NCBI GenBank assembly: GCA_021787535.1 | Contig: JAJYLR010000003.1 | Span: 56-64,055 of the forward strand | Source: a bacterium | GTDB taxonomy: Bacteria; Patescibacteriota; CPR2; UBA1875; JAJYID01 | Direction: 5' to 3' | DNA: 64,000 bases | Shown here: piece after piece, positions 1-9,786 of the stretch | Position numbering within the stretch: the first letter of the stretch is position 1 | Layout of the letters: the number at the start of each line of letters is the position of its first letter | Notes under the pieces: model-generated | What the model was told of the DNA's origin: nothing | Database searches by the model: none | The model's input: the letters and a program-made list of their open reading frames with translations, nothing else | Program-made: the position numbers and the translations under genes

Positions 1-134
1 AACTGGCCGGGCTTAAAGCTTAAACTGCCCTTGTCGAGTTTAATTCTTAAAGCCAAAATGTCACGGCAAAGTCGGTCTGTTGCCAGAACGGTTGCTTCTT
101 TTAGTTTGTAATCGCATGTTTTGCAGTTTTTCAT
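1..134 (-). CDS. FAD/NAD(P)-binding oxidoreductase (HydG/AsrB-like), N-terminal part, runs off window
   Basis: Own translation from ATG 134: MKNCKTCDYKLKEATVLATDRLCRDILALRIKLDKGSLSFKPGQ. FKPGQ is typical of FNR-family FAD-binding domains; lies downstream of an AsrA/HydB-like gene. Confidence 0.65.
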   Translation of the reverse strand, partial: MKNCKTCDYKLKEATVLATDRLCRDILALRIKLDKGSLSFKPGQ

Positions 135-145
135 CTCGCCTCGCT

Positions 146-233
146 GTCATTCTGAACTTCCTGCCCGTCCGGCAGGCGGGGATTCAGAATCCAGATTTTA
201 TTGGTATAGATTCCGGATCGAGTCCGGAATGAC
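146..233. repeat. Paired GTCAT-type REP-like palindromes with a nested 21-nt palindrome
   Basis: GTCATTCTGAACTT[CCTGCCCGTCCGGCAGGCGGG]GATTCAGAATC ... GATTCCGGATCGAGTCCGGAATGAC. Confidence 0.85.
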
Positions 234-281
234 AAGTCTTGAAAATTGATTGGAAATTGAGAATTGGTCATTGAAAATTTT

Positions 282-1256
282 CTACCCATATTTTTCCTCC
301 AAATAATCTAATGTTTCGCGGAAATTGATTTTTGCCGGGCAGTAGGTGATGCATCTTTTGCAGCTGACGCATCCGGAAAAGCCGTATTCTTTCGGCATTC
401 GCACAAACTTATGATGATACCAGTTGTAGATTCTGTCTCTCAGCTCCGGCCTGAAGTCGTGGCTGGAAATGGCGGCGAAGTCGGCAGTCATGCACGAGTC
501 CCAGCTTCTTTGCCTGCAGCCTTCACATTTCGTAATCCCTTCGATTTTCACGATATCTTCAGTATCGAAACAGTAACACATCGGGCAAACGTAGGAACAG
601 ATGCCGCAACCGAAACATATCTCTGCCAGCTTGTCCCAAATCTTATCTCCTTTTGAGTTTGCCAGAATCTCAGCTCGTTTGTTTTTCGGGTATTTCTTTG
701 ACGGTTTATATTTTTTTCTTATGTCTTTTGATTTGATAAAAAGGTCTGAGTTTGCGTCGACTATTTTCTGGCCTTGTTTCGATCCGACCCAGGCGATATA
801 CTTGTTGTCACCGGTTTTTCGAAGATGAAGATCAAAAGCTTGATCATTCTTGGGATCGAAGTCTTCGCTCATGCTTATTAAAATTGAGTTCTTCCTAGTT
901 ACACCATAAACCTCATCTTGCGTTGGTTCGCCGAAAATTTTATCCAGCCGGTTTATTGCTTTCAAGTCAAAGAGACTGAGGCCAAAAATAACTTTATTTT
1001 TTTTGTCTGATTCTTTCTCGGCTTCTCTATTATTTTTGAATTCCAAGATCGTTTGGCGCGCCGGGAAGAAATACTTTGCCGGCGGCAGAGTCGTGATCGG
1101 GTAGTGAAGCACTAGCTTGTCGCCGTCCTCCAGGCGCTTAAACTGAAACTTTGAATATACGGCCTCGTCACGTACCTTGACTGGTCCATATACTTCATAT
1201 TTTTCTTGGAGATTTTTGGCCAGCTCCCGTATGCCGGCTTCTGTAATAGTGTAAAT
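282..1256 (-). CDS. 4Fe-4S dicluster protein, AsrA/sulfhydrogenase beta (HydB)-like
   Basis: CFGCGICSYVCPMCYC and GCVSCKRCITYCP motifs, RQRSWDSC, WYHHKF. Frame stays open upstream of GTG 1112 through KYEVYGPVK to an ATT at 1256 behind GGAGG. Confidence 0.85.
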   Translation of the reverse strand: MYTITEAGIRELAKNLQEKYEVYGPVKVRDEAVYSKFQFKRLEDGDKLVLHYPITTLPPAKYFFPARQTILEFKNNREAEKESDKKNKVIFGLSLFDLKAINRLDKIFGEPTQDEVYGVTRKNSILISMSEDFDPKNDQAFDLHLRKTGDNKYIAWVGSKQGQKIVDANSDLFIKSKDIRKKYKPSKKYPKNKRAEILANSKGDKIWDKLAEICFGCGICSYVCPMCYCFDTEDIVKIEGITKCEGCRQRSWDSCMTADFAAISSHDFRPELRDRIYNWYHHKFVRMPKEYGFSGCVSCKRCITYCPAKINFRETLDYLEEKYG

Positions 1257-1378
1257 ATGCCCTCCAAAGCTTTAATGATAACTAAATTATAATCTAAGAA
1301 TATTGCAACTTCAATTTAAAGATTGAGTTTGCGGTTAAGTTGCTTGGATTTTAAGAATTTTCAGTCTATAATTATCTT

Positions 1379-1585
1379 ATGTGGTTAATACTGGTTTTAT
1401 ACCTATTATTTTTTCTAGTTTGGCTGATTATCTCGGGTTTTACAATTTATCAAACCCTCCATTTCTATGAGCCAAACTCTAAGATGAAGATGATGATCCA
1501 CGCGTATATTTGGTTGAGTGTTTTGATATTAATCGTTACCTTTTATTTGCTATATCGGGTAAATTGGAGCGCTCATATTACCTAA
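1379..1585 (+). CDS. Small two-TM membrane protein
   Basis: Two hydrophobic helices; TATAAT 6 nt before the ATG. Confidence 0.7.
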   Translation: MWLILVLYLLFFLVWLIISGFTIYQTLHFYEPNSKMKMMIHAYIWLSVLILIVTFYLLYRVNWSAHIT

Positions 1586-1599
1586 ATCTGAGGAAAAAT

Positions 1600-2328
1600 A
1601 TGCCTGAAATCGATAAAAACCACAAATATTTTGAGACACAAGAGCCAAACGAAAATGTTTTAAGGGTTGTACGAAGACATTGGGTAGTTTATATGCCGTC
1701 AATCGTGGCACCTGTTTTAGTTTATGTGATTTCAATAAGCTTTTTTATCTTTATCTATCATACCTTTTCTTCTCACGAAGTCATTCAGGCACTTAGCGCG
1801 GCCGTACTGAGCGTATTTTTACTCTTTATTACTCTTTTCGCCTATGCTAATTGGCTGGTCAACTATCTTAATATGCAGGTCATCACAGACTCGCACGTTG
1901 TAGATATTGATCAGATGAACCTATTTTCCCGTAAGATTTCTGAACTTGATCTTCAAGAAATTCAGGATGTTTCAGCTACAAAAAAGGGAATTTTCCAATC
2001 ATTCTTGAATTATGGCGATGTCGTAATCCAGACAGCGGGAGAAATGGAGAATTTTACATTTGATATGATTCCAGAGCCAGATCAGCTGGCTAGGGATGTA
2101 ATGCTTATCAGAGATCAGTATGGAAGAGATCAAAGAAGATATGACGCTAACGTAGTAGGTTATCAGGTACGGGAACAATCAGCAAATCAGGGCTTGAATC
2201 AAAACCAACAAACATCTGTTTTAAATCAGAGCAGTTTGGGTGCCAGACAAACGGGTGTCCAAGCACCGAACCCTGACATCCGGCAAACTGACGCAGATGA
2301 CAGCAGCCGGCCATCAGGCGAGAGTTAA
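1600..2328 (+). CDS. Membrane-flanked bacterial PH-domain (bPH_2) protein
   Basis: RRHW, two TMs, ITDSHVVDIDQ..IQDVS..GIFQSFLNYGDVVIQTAG; likely start ATG 1600. Confidence 0.8.
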   Translation: MPEIDKNHKYFETQEPNENVLRVVRRHWVVYMPSIVAPVLVYVISISFFIFIYHTFSSHEVIQALSAAVLSVFLLFITLFAYANWLVNYLNMQVITDSHVVDIDQMNLFSRKISELDLQEIQDVSATKKGIFQSFLNYGDVVIQTAGEMENFTFDMIPEPDQLARDVMLIRDQYGRDQRRYDANVVGYQVREQSANQGLNQNQQTSVLNQSSLGARQTGVQAPNPDIRQTDADDSSRPSGES

Positions 2329-2346
2329 TTTTTTAGGAGGGTATGT

Positions 2347-4296
2347 GTGAGAATCAGCGACGAGGAACTAAAACAAATCCTAATCGAAAACCATCTTTTA
2401 AGTGAGGTTAAGTTTAATGATTATCTAAGTGAAGCCAAAGAAAGCAAAGTCCCGCTTTACAACCTTTTAATTATGAAAAAGGTCATCTCTGATCGCGACC
2501 TTGTGAAGTTATATGGAAAAGAAACAGGGATTCCCTATATAGATTTGGCTGATTTTCAAATAGATAAAAAAGTTTTAAAGAATCTCCCTGAGAAAATTGC
2601 CAGAAAATATAATACGATTGTTTTCAGTAAAGAAAAAGACGGCAGATTTTCTCTGGCAATGAGCGACCCCGGGGATATTCAGGCGATTCAGTTTATCAAG
2701 AAAAAATTTGGCAGTAACTTAAGAATTTTTATCACGCCTCAGTCAGACATTGACTTGATTCTTGACCAATACAAGGCGGGTTTCTCTGAGGAAATCTCAA
2801 AGGCCATTGAAGAAAATAAGGAGATATCCGTTGAGGAAGAAGAACTTGAGGAAACCGCTACCGCCGATACCGTCAAAGAAATAGTCCAGGAAGCGCCTAT
2901 TGCAAGGGCGGTTAAAATCATTCTGGAATATGCAGTAAAATCGCGGGCCAGTGATGTGCATATAGAACCAAGGGAAACATTTATTCAGATTAGATATCGT
3001 ATTGATGGCGTGCTCAGGGATACGATGACATTACCTAAACAGATTATGTATTCGATAGTTACAAGAGTGAAGATCCTGTCAAATTTAAGGATTGACGAAC
3101 ATAGAGTCCCTCAAGACGGAAGGATTAAGCTCAAACTTGCCGGTAAAAGCATTTCGATCAGAGTCTCTACCCTGCCGGTTATGGACGGTGAAAAGGTGGT
3201 CATGAGGATTTTAGATGAATCAACTAAGGCAGCTTCTCTTGAAGAGCTGGGATTTCGGGGGCTGGCCCTCAAAGTTATCAAAAGGAATCTTCATCGTCCG
3301 CATGGAATGACTCTTGTAACCGGTCCTACGGGATCAGGAAAGTCGACCACTCTTTATAGTCTGCTGACCTTGCTTAATGATATCGGCGTTAACATTTCCA
3401 CAGTAGAGGATCCCGTGGAGTATCGCATCCCCGGTGTTAATCAAACTCAAGTGAATCCGGCTGTGGGAATGACCTTTGCTTCCGGACTTAGAGCACTGCT
3501 GCGCCAAGATCCGGATGTGATTATGGTTGGGGAAATACGAGATCGGGAAACGGCGGAAATGGCTGTACATGCTTCGCTGACCGGCCACGTAGTTTTATCT
3601 ACTTTACACACAAACTCAGCCATCGGATCTTTGCCAAGATTGGAAGATATGGAAATCGAACCTTTCCTAATCGCTTCAACAGTCAACGATGTCATTGGCC
3701 AGCGGCTGGTCAGAAAGCTTTGTCCTGATTGCAAGCAGCAGTATTCTCTGGATCATAAGGTTTTAGAGCAGCTGATTTGCGATTTCGGGCTCAAAGAGGA
3801 ATTTTTAAAAATAGAGAATGTCCAGAAAGAGAAAAAGAAGCTTTTAAATCTCGGGCTGGAAACAAAAGATATTTCTGCTCTCGCCGGTTTCACAGGAAAG
3901 AAGTCAATCGCGCAGATTCTGGCTGAAAAACCAGAGCTCTTAGATAAGGTCTCTGCCAAAACAGGCCGCGAGGTTCGCGCAGAACTTTTTATCGAAACCG
4001 ACCCCAAAACCTGCCGGCTGAGTTTAGGTAAAATCGATGCATATCATCTAGATCTTTACAAAGCGGTTGGGTGTGCGAAATGTGAACAAACCGGCTACAA
4101 AGGACGGCTCGGCATATATGAAGTGGTGGAAGTGACAGATGAAATCGGTTCTTTAATTGTGCGGAAGGCCTCAGAGGATGAACTGTCGGCTGAAGCCAAA
4201 AAAAACGGGTTTACAAATATGTATCAGGACGGTTTTACCAAAGTTTTAAGCGGCATCACATCAATTGAAGAATTAGTAAGAGTAACTCAAGAATAA
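2347..4296 (+). CDS. pilB: Type IV pilus assembly ATPase (PilB/GspE)
   Basis: ASDVHIEP, PQDGR, Walker A GPTGSGKST, LRQDPDVIMVGEIRD, LSTLHTN, CPDC/CAKC. Confidence 0.95.
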   Translation: MRISDEELKQILIENHLLSEVKFNDYLSEAKESKVPLYNLLIMKKVISDRDLVKLYGKETGIPYIDLADFQIDKKVLKNLPEKIARKYNTIVFSKEKDGRFSLAMSDPGDIQAIQFIKKKFGSNLRIFITPQSDIDLILDQYKAGFSEEISKAIEENKEISVEEEELEETATADTVKEIVQEAPIARAVKIILEYAVKSRASDVHIEPRETFIQIRYRIDGVLRDTMTLPKQIMYSIVTRVKILSNLRIDEHRVPQDGRIKLKLAGKSISIRVSTLPVMDGEKVVMRILDESTKAASLEELGFRGLALKVIKRNLHRPHGMTLVTGPTGSGKSTTLYSLLTLLNDIGVNISTVEDPVEYRIPGVNQTQVNPAVGMTFASGLRALLRQDPDVIMVGEIRDRETAEMAVHASLTGHVVLSTLHTNSAIGSLPRLEDMEIEPFLIASTVNDVIGQRLVRKLCPDCKQQYSLDHKVLEQLICDFGLKEEFLKIENVQKEKKKLLNLGLETKDISALAGFTGKKSIAQILAEKPELLDKVSAKTGREVRAELFIETDPKTCRLSLGKIDAYHLDLYKAVGCAKCEQTGYKGRLGIYEVVEVTDEIGSLIVRKASEDELSAEAKKNGFTNMYQDGFTKVLSGITSIEELVRVTQE

Positions 4297-4417
4297 ATCT
4301 TGCAATTTCTAAATCCGAATTTCTAATTTCTAAACAAATTCAAATGATCAAAATCCAAAATAATCAAACAAAAATTCCGATTCAAACATTTCACCTTTAA
4401 CATTTAATATTAAAAAT

Positions 4418-5632
4418 ATGGCTAGATTTAAATACACAGGCAAAGATGGGTCAGGCAATATGACCAAAGGTTATGTAAGCGCCTTTTCAGAAGAAGAGGC
4501 AGCTGTACTTTTAGGAAAAAACAAGATTACCCCCATCGTTATTACCAAGGACAATAATATTTTAGTCCGCATTAAAGATATTCATTTGTTTGACCATCTT
4601 TCATTAACCGATAAAATGATGTTTTGCGAGGAATTATCTACTCTCATTAACGCCGGTGTTCCGCTTGCCCAGTCAATAAGCATTATTAAAGAACAGACTC
4701 AAAAGGGAACGATGAAAAAAATCGCTGCCAATCTTCTGGGAGATATAGAAGGGGGCCAGTCGCTCTCGGGGGCGCTTGAAAAACAAGGGAGGTTTTTCTC
4801 TCCGGTGTTTGTGAATATGGTGAAAACCGGTGAAACGAGCGGAACGCTGGACGAAACTTTACGGGATTTAGCTGTGCAAACAGAAAAAGATCATGATCTT
4901 GTCTCGAAGATCAGGGGAGCTATGACTTATCCCGCTGTGATTTTGGTTGTTATGACCGGGGCTATCATCTTTCTTATGGTCAAGGTTGTCCCGGCTATCT
5001 CCGGTCTCTTCGATGAGCTTGGCGCTACGCTTCCTTTGACCACGCGGATTATGATAGCTGCAAGCCGGATCATGGTGCATGACGGCATTTTTCTGGCCAT
5101 CGGCGCGATAGCGGTGATCGCGGGAATATACTTTGCTTTGACCAGGGTTGCGCCTATCCAAAAAAGTTTTCATGCGGCCATTTTAAAAGCCCCGATTATA
5201 GGTAAAATTTCCTTAAGGTTTAATCTGGCTCGATTTTCAAGGACTTTGGGATCGCTCCTTGGAAGCGGTGTGAGTGTCTTGGAGGCACTGGAAATTGTTT
5301 CTCATTCAACCAAAAACGTTATATTTTCAAATGAGATAGAACAAGTCAAAGAAAGAGTAAAAAACGGCGCGCCGCTTGCGGAACCGCTGAAACAGTCTAA
5401 GATTTTCCCGGTCATGGTCTCTCAAATGATCGGCGTTGGAGAAGAAACAGGCAATCTTGACAAAATGCTGATCAAAGTAGCCGAGTTTTATGAGAGGCAG
5501 ATTGAAAGCTTTACCAAAAATCTTTCAAGCATCATTGAGCCGATTATTATGCTCATTGTCGGCGTTGCTGTCGGTTTTATTATTGTTTCTATTATTACTC
5601 CGATTTATCAAGCTACTCAGAACATTAAGTAA
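4418..5632 (+). CDS. pilC: Type IV pilus platform protein (PilC/GspF)
   Basis: GETSGTLDE, KIRGAMTYP, VGEETGNLD, IIEPIIM. Confidence 0.95.
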   Translation: MARFKYTGKDGSGNMTKGYVSAFSEEEAAVLLGKNKITPIVITKDNNILVRIKDIHLFDHLSLTDKMMFCEELSTLINAGVPLAQSISIIKEQTQKGTMKKIAANLLGDIEGGQSLSGALEKQGRFFSPVFVNMVKTGETSGTLDETLRDLAVQTEKDHDLVSKIRGAMTYPAVILVVMTGAIIFLMVKVVPAISGLFDELGATLPLTTRIMIAASRIMVHDGIFLAIGAIAVIAGIYFALTRVAPIQKSFHAAILKAPIIGKISLRFNLARFSRTLGSLLGSGVSVLEALEIVSHSTKNVIFSNEIEQVKERVKNGAPLAEPLKQSKIFPVMVSQMIGVGEETGNLDKMLIKVAEFYERQIESFTKNLSSIIEPIIMLIVGVAVGFIIVSIITPIYQATQNIK

Positions 5633-5769
5633 AAATGTTGGAAGTGCGGAAACCGTTGGAGATGTTGGATATTAGAAACAAACCCGCGCACCATCTCAAA
5701 GTACGGGGCAGGCAATTCCGACAAGCGAAGCGATCCGCCAATTCTAACAATTCCTGCTTTAATTAATCA

Positions 5770-5799
5770 TTGACATACAGTTTGAAACAAACTTATAAT
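5770..5799 (+). promoter_or_regulatory. Sigma70-type promoter of the major pilin gene
   Basis: TTGACA-18 nt-TATAAT; SD AGGAGGTG at 5831. Confidence 0.75.
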
Positions 5800-5841
5800 G
5801 GCGCTGTAACTTAAAATGGCTATGCCAGAAAGGAGGTGAAA

Positions 5842-6234
5842 ATGTTAAGTAAGCTGCAAAATAAACGAGGTTTTACCTTGATTGAACTTTTGATTGTTGT
5901 CGTTATTTTAGGCGTCCTTATTTTGATTGTTATCGGTGCAACCAGAGGTGATAAAGGCAAGGCAAACGATGCCAAAAGGAAAGCCGACCTCACTCGCATC
6001 CAGAATGCCTTGGAAGATTGTTATTCAGTGCCATCAGGTACAACCGGCGGATATCCGACCAGTTTAAGCGATACCTGTGTTCAACAAAAATTTGATAATA
6101 ACACTGTGCCGACTGATCCAAAAGATGGAGCAAGCTATAGCTATACTACGACAGGTACTCCTCCTACTACCTATAATCTTTCAACCACTGAGATGGAAAG
6201 AGAATCTAATATGACATTGACGCAAAAACAGTAA
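5842..6234 (+). CDS. Type IV pilin, probable major pilin
   Basis: RG|FTLIELL prepilin motif; own promoter, strong SD and terminator. Confidence 0.9.
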   Translation: MLSKLQNKRGFTLIELLIVVVILGVLILIVIGATRGDKGKANDAKRKADLTRIQNALEDCYSVPSGTTGGYPTSLSDTCVQQKFDNNTVPTDPKDGASYSYTTTGTPPTTYNLSTTEMERESNMTLTQKQ

Positions 6235-6245
6235 AAGTATTTGTT

Positions 6246-6277
6246 CTAAAAAACAGTCCTAAGGGGCTGTTTTTTAG
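6246..6277 (+). terminator. Intrinsic terminator
   Basis: AAAAAACAGTCC-taag-GGGCTGTTTTTT. Confidence 0.8.
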
Positions 6278-6301
6278 TGGGATAAAAGTTATAATAGATA
6301 T

Positions 6302-6691
6302 ATGCGGAGGGGAATCTTAAAAAACAGCCGGGGAGTGACGCTGACTGAGATTATTATCTTGGTGGTGGTTGTTGCTGTTTTTGCTATTACCTTTATTCCG
6401 CTTGTTACTGAAAATATGGTGGCGAATACCAAGGCAAAGACTCAACTTGCCGCTTATGAGGCGGCCCATCAAAAAATGGAGGAGCTTAGAAATACAAGTT
6501 TTGATACTCTTGCAAGCGGCGCATTTCAAACACCTAATGTTCAGGGGGGGAGCGGTACAGTGACGATTACTCCGGATATAAATGGTGACGGACAAGATGA
6601 ACAGGGTATTGTCAAGGCGGATGTTCAGGTGGCTTATCCCGATCGCGGCCAGACGAAAACTGTAACTTTAACGACCTTTATAGCGCAATGA
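6302..6691 (+). CDS. Minor pilin (PilV-like)
   Basis: G|VTLTEII; AYEAAHQKMEELRN. Confidence 0.85.
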   Translation: MRRGILKNSRGVTLTEIIILVVVVAVFAITFIPLVTENMVANTKAKTQLAAYEAAHQKMEELRNTSFDTLASGAFQTPNVQGGSGTVTITPDINGDGQDEQGIVKADVQVAYPDRGQTKTVTLTTFIAQ

Positions 6692-7266
6692 AAACATTAG
6701 GCCAAAAAGGATTTACCATTATCGAAATGACTATAGCTGTTGTTATTTTAGGCATAATAGTAGTGGTGATCAGCGATATGTATTTAAAGGGCACCATTTC
6801 TTCAAAAACAGAAATGGCGAGGTCTAAGCTGCAGATTGAAGAGAAAAATGCACTTGAAGGAATAACTAACAATGTTACGCTGAGTACAAAAATCGATTCC
6901 GATTACGGCAGCGGCGCATACACGGGAGGGCAACAAACCTTGATTTTAGACTTGCCGGCTATAGACAGCGGCAATAATTTTCTATATAGCGGCAGCCAGA
7001 AAGTCCATGATTATATAATTTATTATCTAAGCGGTTCGGATTTGCATAAGCTTGTTTATTCAAGCGATCCTGATAGCCGGCTGCATTCTGAAGACGGCAG
7101 CGACCAAATATTGCTTTCCGATGTCAAAAGCTTGTCATTTACCTATGATGCTGCTCTGCCAAATAGCGTAACAGTAACAACAAATCTGATAATTCAGGAT
7201 ACTGCCCAAAATCCGCCGCAGGAAGTAAACATGAGCTCAAAAGCAATGAGGAGGAATAGTGACTAG
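6688..7266 (+). CDS. Minor pilin (PilW-like)
   Basis: G|FTIIEMTI; overlaps neighbouring pilin genes. Confidence 0.85.
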   Translation: MKTLGQKGFTIIEMTIAVVILGIIVVVISDMYLKGTISSKTEMARSKLQIEEKNALEGITNNVTLSTKIDSDYGSGAYTGGQQTLILDLPAIDSGNNFLYSGSQKVHDYIIYYLSGSDLHKLVYSSDPDSRLHSEDGSDQILLSDVKSLSFTYDAALPNSVTVTTNLIIQDTAQNPPQEVNMSSKAMRRNSD

Positions 7267-8524
7267 CAAGAAATTTTCAATTTTCAATTTTCAATTTTCA
7301 ATGTCCCTGATTTTGCGGCCGCTTAGAAATAGGCAGCTTTTGCCAAGCCGCCAGGGATCAATCTTGGTTCTATTTATTATTGTTCTGTCTGTCATGACTA
7401 CGATCGTTCTGGCCGTTTCGGGGCTTGTTTTAAATAACCGGATTGGAGTTGAGCGGACTTATCAGAAAGACAAAGCTTTAAATATTGCCGAGGCGGGGAT
7501 ACAAAAAGCGCTGTGGGAACTAAAGGGTCATAACCCATCCTATACCGGAGAAACGGGTAATACTTACATTGCGGGCGGGGAATTTGATGTTACAGTCACT
7601 CAAATTGATGCGAACAACGATTACATTACATCAACAGCTTATGTTCCCTCGAAAGCCAATCCTAAATACAAAAAAGCGATCAAAGTTAAAATATCTGATA
7701 CGCCGGTTACTACAAATCCGGCCTTTAGCTACGCTATTCAGGCGGGAGCAGGAGGTATCGATGTGGGCGGATCGAGCGAGGTACATGGCAGTCTTTATTC
7801 TAATGGTGCAATCTCTGTATCAGGCGCATCAGCAACAGTAAATGATCCCGGAGATGCTTGGGCAGTCACAACTATTACCGATCCCAAAGGCGGAATCAAA
7901 GGCACTAAAACGCAAGGAGCCCAGCCGGTAGCTTTGCCGACTATTGACTTGAACCAATGGCGGTCTTTGGCCCAAGCTGGCGGGACCATTACCGGCGACT
8001 ATTCTCCGCCTGCGACCGGTAGTTACACCAATTTTGGACCAAAAGAAATTACGGGGAATTTTTCAATGTCCGGATCAAATCAAAAAATGAATCTAATGGG
8101 GCCTTTGTATATCCACGGCAACCTAAATATTAGCGGTGGCGAATGGAAACTTGATGATTCCTTCGGGTCCAATGGCACGATAGTTTTGGTCGACGGCCAA
8201 ATCAGTATTACCGGAGGCGACTTTCATGGCAATTCCAGCGGATCTTATATTTTATTTATTTCTACTAGTACCGCTAACACTAAAGACAGCGGTTCTGCAA
8301 TATATTATAGAGGCAATGCTAATGGTGAAAAGCTGGCTCTTTATGCATATAATGGAGCGATGACGTTGGCAGGTTCCGGCGAAATTATCGCAATGACCGG
8401 ACAAACCTTGTTTTTAAACGGCAGCGGAGAGATACACTATGACAGCGGCCTGAAGTCCGAACAGTTTGCCGGCGGCCCCGGCGGGACTTGGGTTGTGAAA
8501 GAATGGCAGGAGATATCGCCCTGA
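7259..8524 (+). CDS. PilX-like minor pilin with large C-terminal domain
   Basis: QG|SILV lacking E5, ALNIAEAGIQKAL, C-terminal WQE. Confidence 0.85.
   Translation: MTSKKFSIFNFQFSMSLILRPLRNRQLLPSRQGSILVLFIIVLSVMTTIVLAVSGLVLNNRIGVERTYQKDKALNIAEAGIQKALWELKGHNPSYTGETGNTYIAGGEFDVTVTQIDANNDYITSTAYVPSKANPKYKKAIKVKISDTPVTTNPAFSYAIQAGAGGIDVGGSSEVHGSLYSNGAISVSGASATVNDPGDAWAVTTITDPKGGIKGTKTQGAQPVALPTIDLNQWRSLAQAGGTITGDYSPPATGSYTNFGPKEITGNFSMSGSNQKMNLMGPLYIHGNLNISGGEWKLDDSFGSNGTIVLVDGQISITGGDFHGNSSGSYILFISTSTANTKDSGSAIYYRGNANGEKLALYAYNGAMTLAGSGEIIAMTGQTLFLNGSGEIHYDSGLKSEQFAGGPGGTWVVKEWQEISP
7272..7299 (+). repeat. Tandem heptamer (AATTTTC)x4 in the 5' part of the pilX-like gene
   Basis: Read directly; translates as KFSIFNFQFS. 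Confidence 0.9.
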
Positions 8525-8528
8525 CGGG

Positions 8529-8651
8529 AATGACTAATTAACAATTTCTAATGTCTAATCAAATTCAAATGACCAAATTTCAAAAATTGACGTTTATAAA
8601 TTAGGTATTGTTAAGTATTGATTAGACATTAGAAATTAGGATTTAGAAATT
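8529..8651. repeat. AT-rich interspersed inverted-repeat element
   Basis: Perfect 20-bp IR 8543-8562/8618-8637; 33/34-nt copy of the left arm at 28030-28063; related tracts near 241-281, 4298-4415, 28785-28845, 30781-30886 and 51655-51710. Confidence 0.8.
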
Positions 8652-8733
8652 ACTCATATGAATTGCTTAAATACTTTGGTTTAAATATAATAAAGATAAT
8701 TATAAAAAGATTAGTTAAGTTACCGGAGGGTTT

Positions 8734-9786
8734 TTGCTTAAGCAAGATCTGATTTATAAAGAAAAAGATTGCCTGGGGCTTGATATCGGCGCCAGTTCGG
8801 TTAAAATCGTCCAGCTTAAAAAGAAAAAGTCGCTGACAAAGTTGATGGGCTACGAAAGCAAGGCGCTTCCGGAGAATATCATTATCGAAGGTGTGATTTC
8901 CGAGCCGGAAAAATTGGCTCAAATGATTAAAGGCATGATAAGCGAGACGAAGGAAGGCAAGTTTACTGCAAAAAAAGCCATTGCTTCAATACCAGATGCA
9001 AATGTTTTCACCAGAGTTTTGGAGATGCCGCCTCTTTCCGCTAAGGAACTGAAAGAAGCTCTCATGTGGGAAGCGGATCAGTCAATACCGATGGCTATGA
9101 CTGATCTTGTCATTGATTGGCAGGTCCTCGGCCCGTCTATTACCAAAAAAGGCATGAATGATATCCTGCTTGTTGGGGCGCCGCTTGCGATTGTCAACTC
9201 TTATGTCCAGCTCTTTGACAAACTAGGTCTCCAGCCGGAAGCGATTGAAACTAGTTTGGTCTCAGTTATTCGGGCGCTTGTGTCAAATAAGGAGCGCGAT
9301 GAAGTAATGCTAGTTGTCGATATTGGATCAAGGTCTACAAACTTAGGTTTTTATGATCATACTCTGCGGCTGGCCGACAGTTTGGATTTCGGCGGATTAA
9401 ACTTTACAGATGCGATCAGGGCCGGCGCTCAAGTTGACGAAAAAAAAGCTGAGGAAATGAAAATGAAAATTGGGCTGAAAGATAAAAAAGTCGCCGAAGC
9501 GCTTGATAGTATTCTTGCCAATTTGAAGAGTGAGATGAGCAAAGTTATTAAATATCACGATGAGAGAAATGAAACTAAGACTTCGAAAGTTATTCTTTGC
9601 GGAGGATCTTCGAACCTTATAGGTCTGACAGAATACTTGGCTGAGGCACTGAAAGTAGAGGTTAAGGTCGGAAATCCATGGGTTAATATCGACACTTATC
9701 CTTTAAAGCCCGTGCCGAAAGCCGAAGCTCCTGCATATGCCAATGCTATCGGGCTTTCGCTGAGGGCTATGGAGGCAATAGTATGA
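8734..9786 (+). CDS. pilM: Type IV pilus assembly protein PilM
   Basis: GLDIGASSVKIV, VVDIGSRST, LCGGSS, VGNPW, AIGLSLR; TTG start after GGAGG. Confidence 0.93.
   Translation: MLKQDLIYKEKDCLGLDIGASSVKIVQLKKKKSLTKLMGYESKALPENIIIEGVISEPEKLAQMIKGMISETKEGKFTAKKAIASIPDANVFTRVLEMPPLSAKELKEALMWEADQSIPMAMTDLVIDWQVLGPSITKKGMNDILLVGAPLAIVNSYVQLFDKLGLQPEAIETSLVSVIRALVSNKERDEVMLVVDIGSRSTNLGFYDHTLRLADSLDFGGLNFTDAIRAGAQVDEKKAEEMKMKIGLKDKKVAEALDSILANLKSEMSKVIKYHDERNETKTSKVILCGGSSNLIGLTEYLAEALKVEVKVGNPWVNIDTYPLKPVPKAEAPAYANAIGLSLRAMEAIV

Noticed and set aside
3733-4071. Intein in PilB
   Set aside because: No C/S...HN splice-junction motifs or endonuclease signature visible
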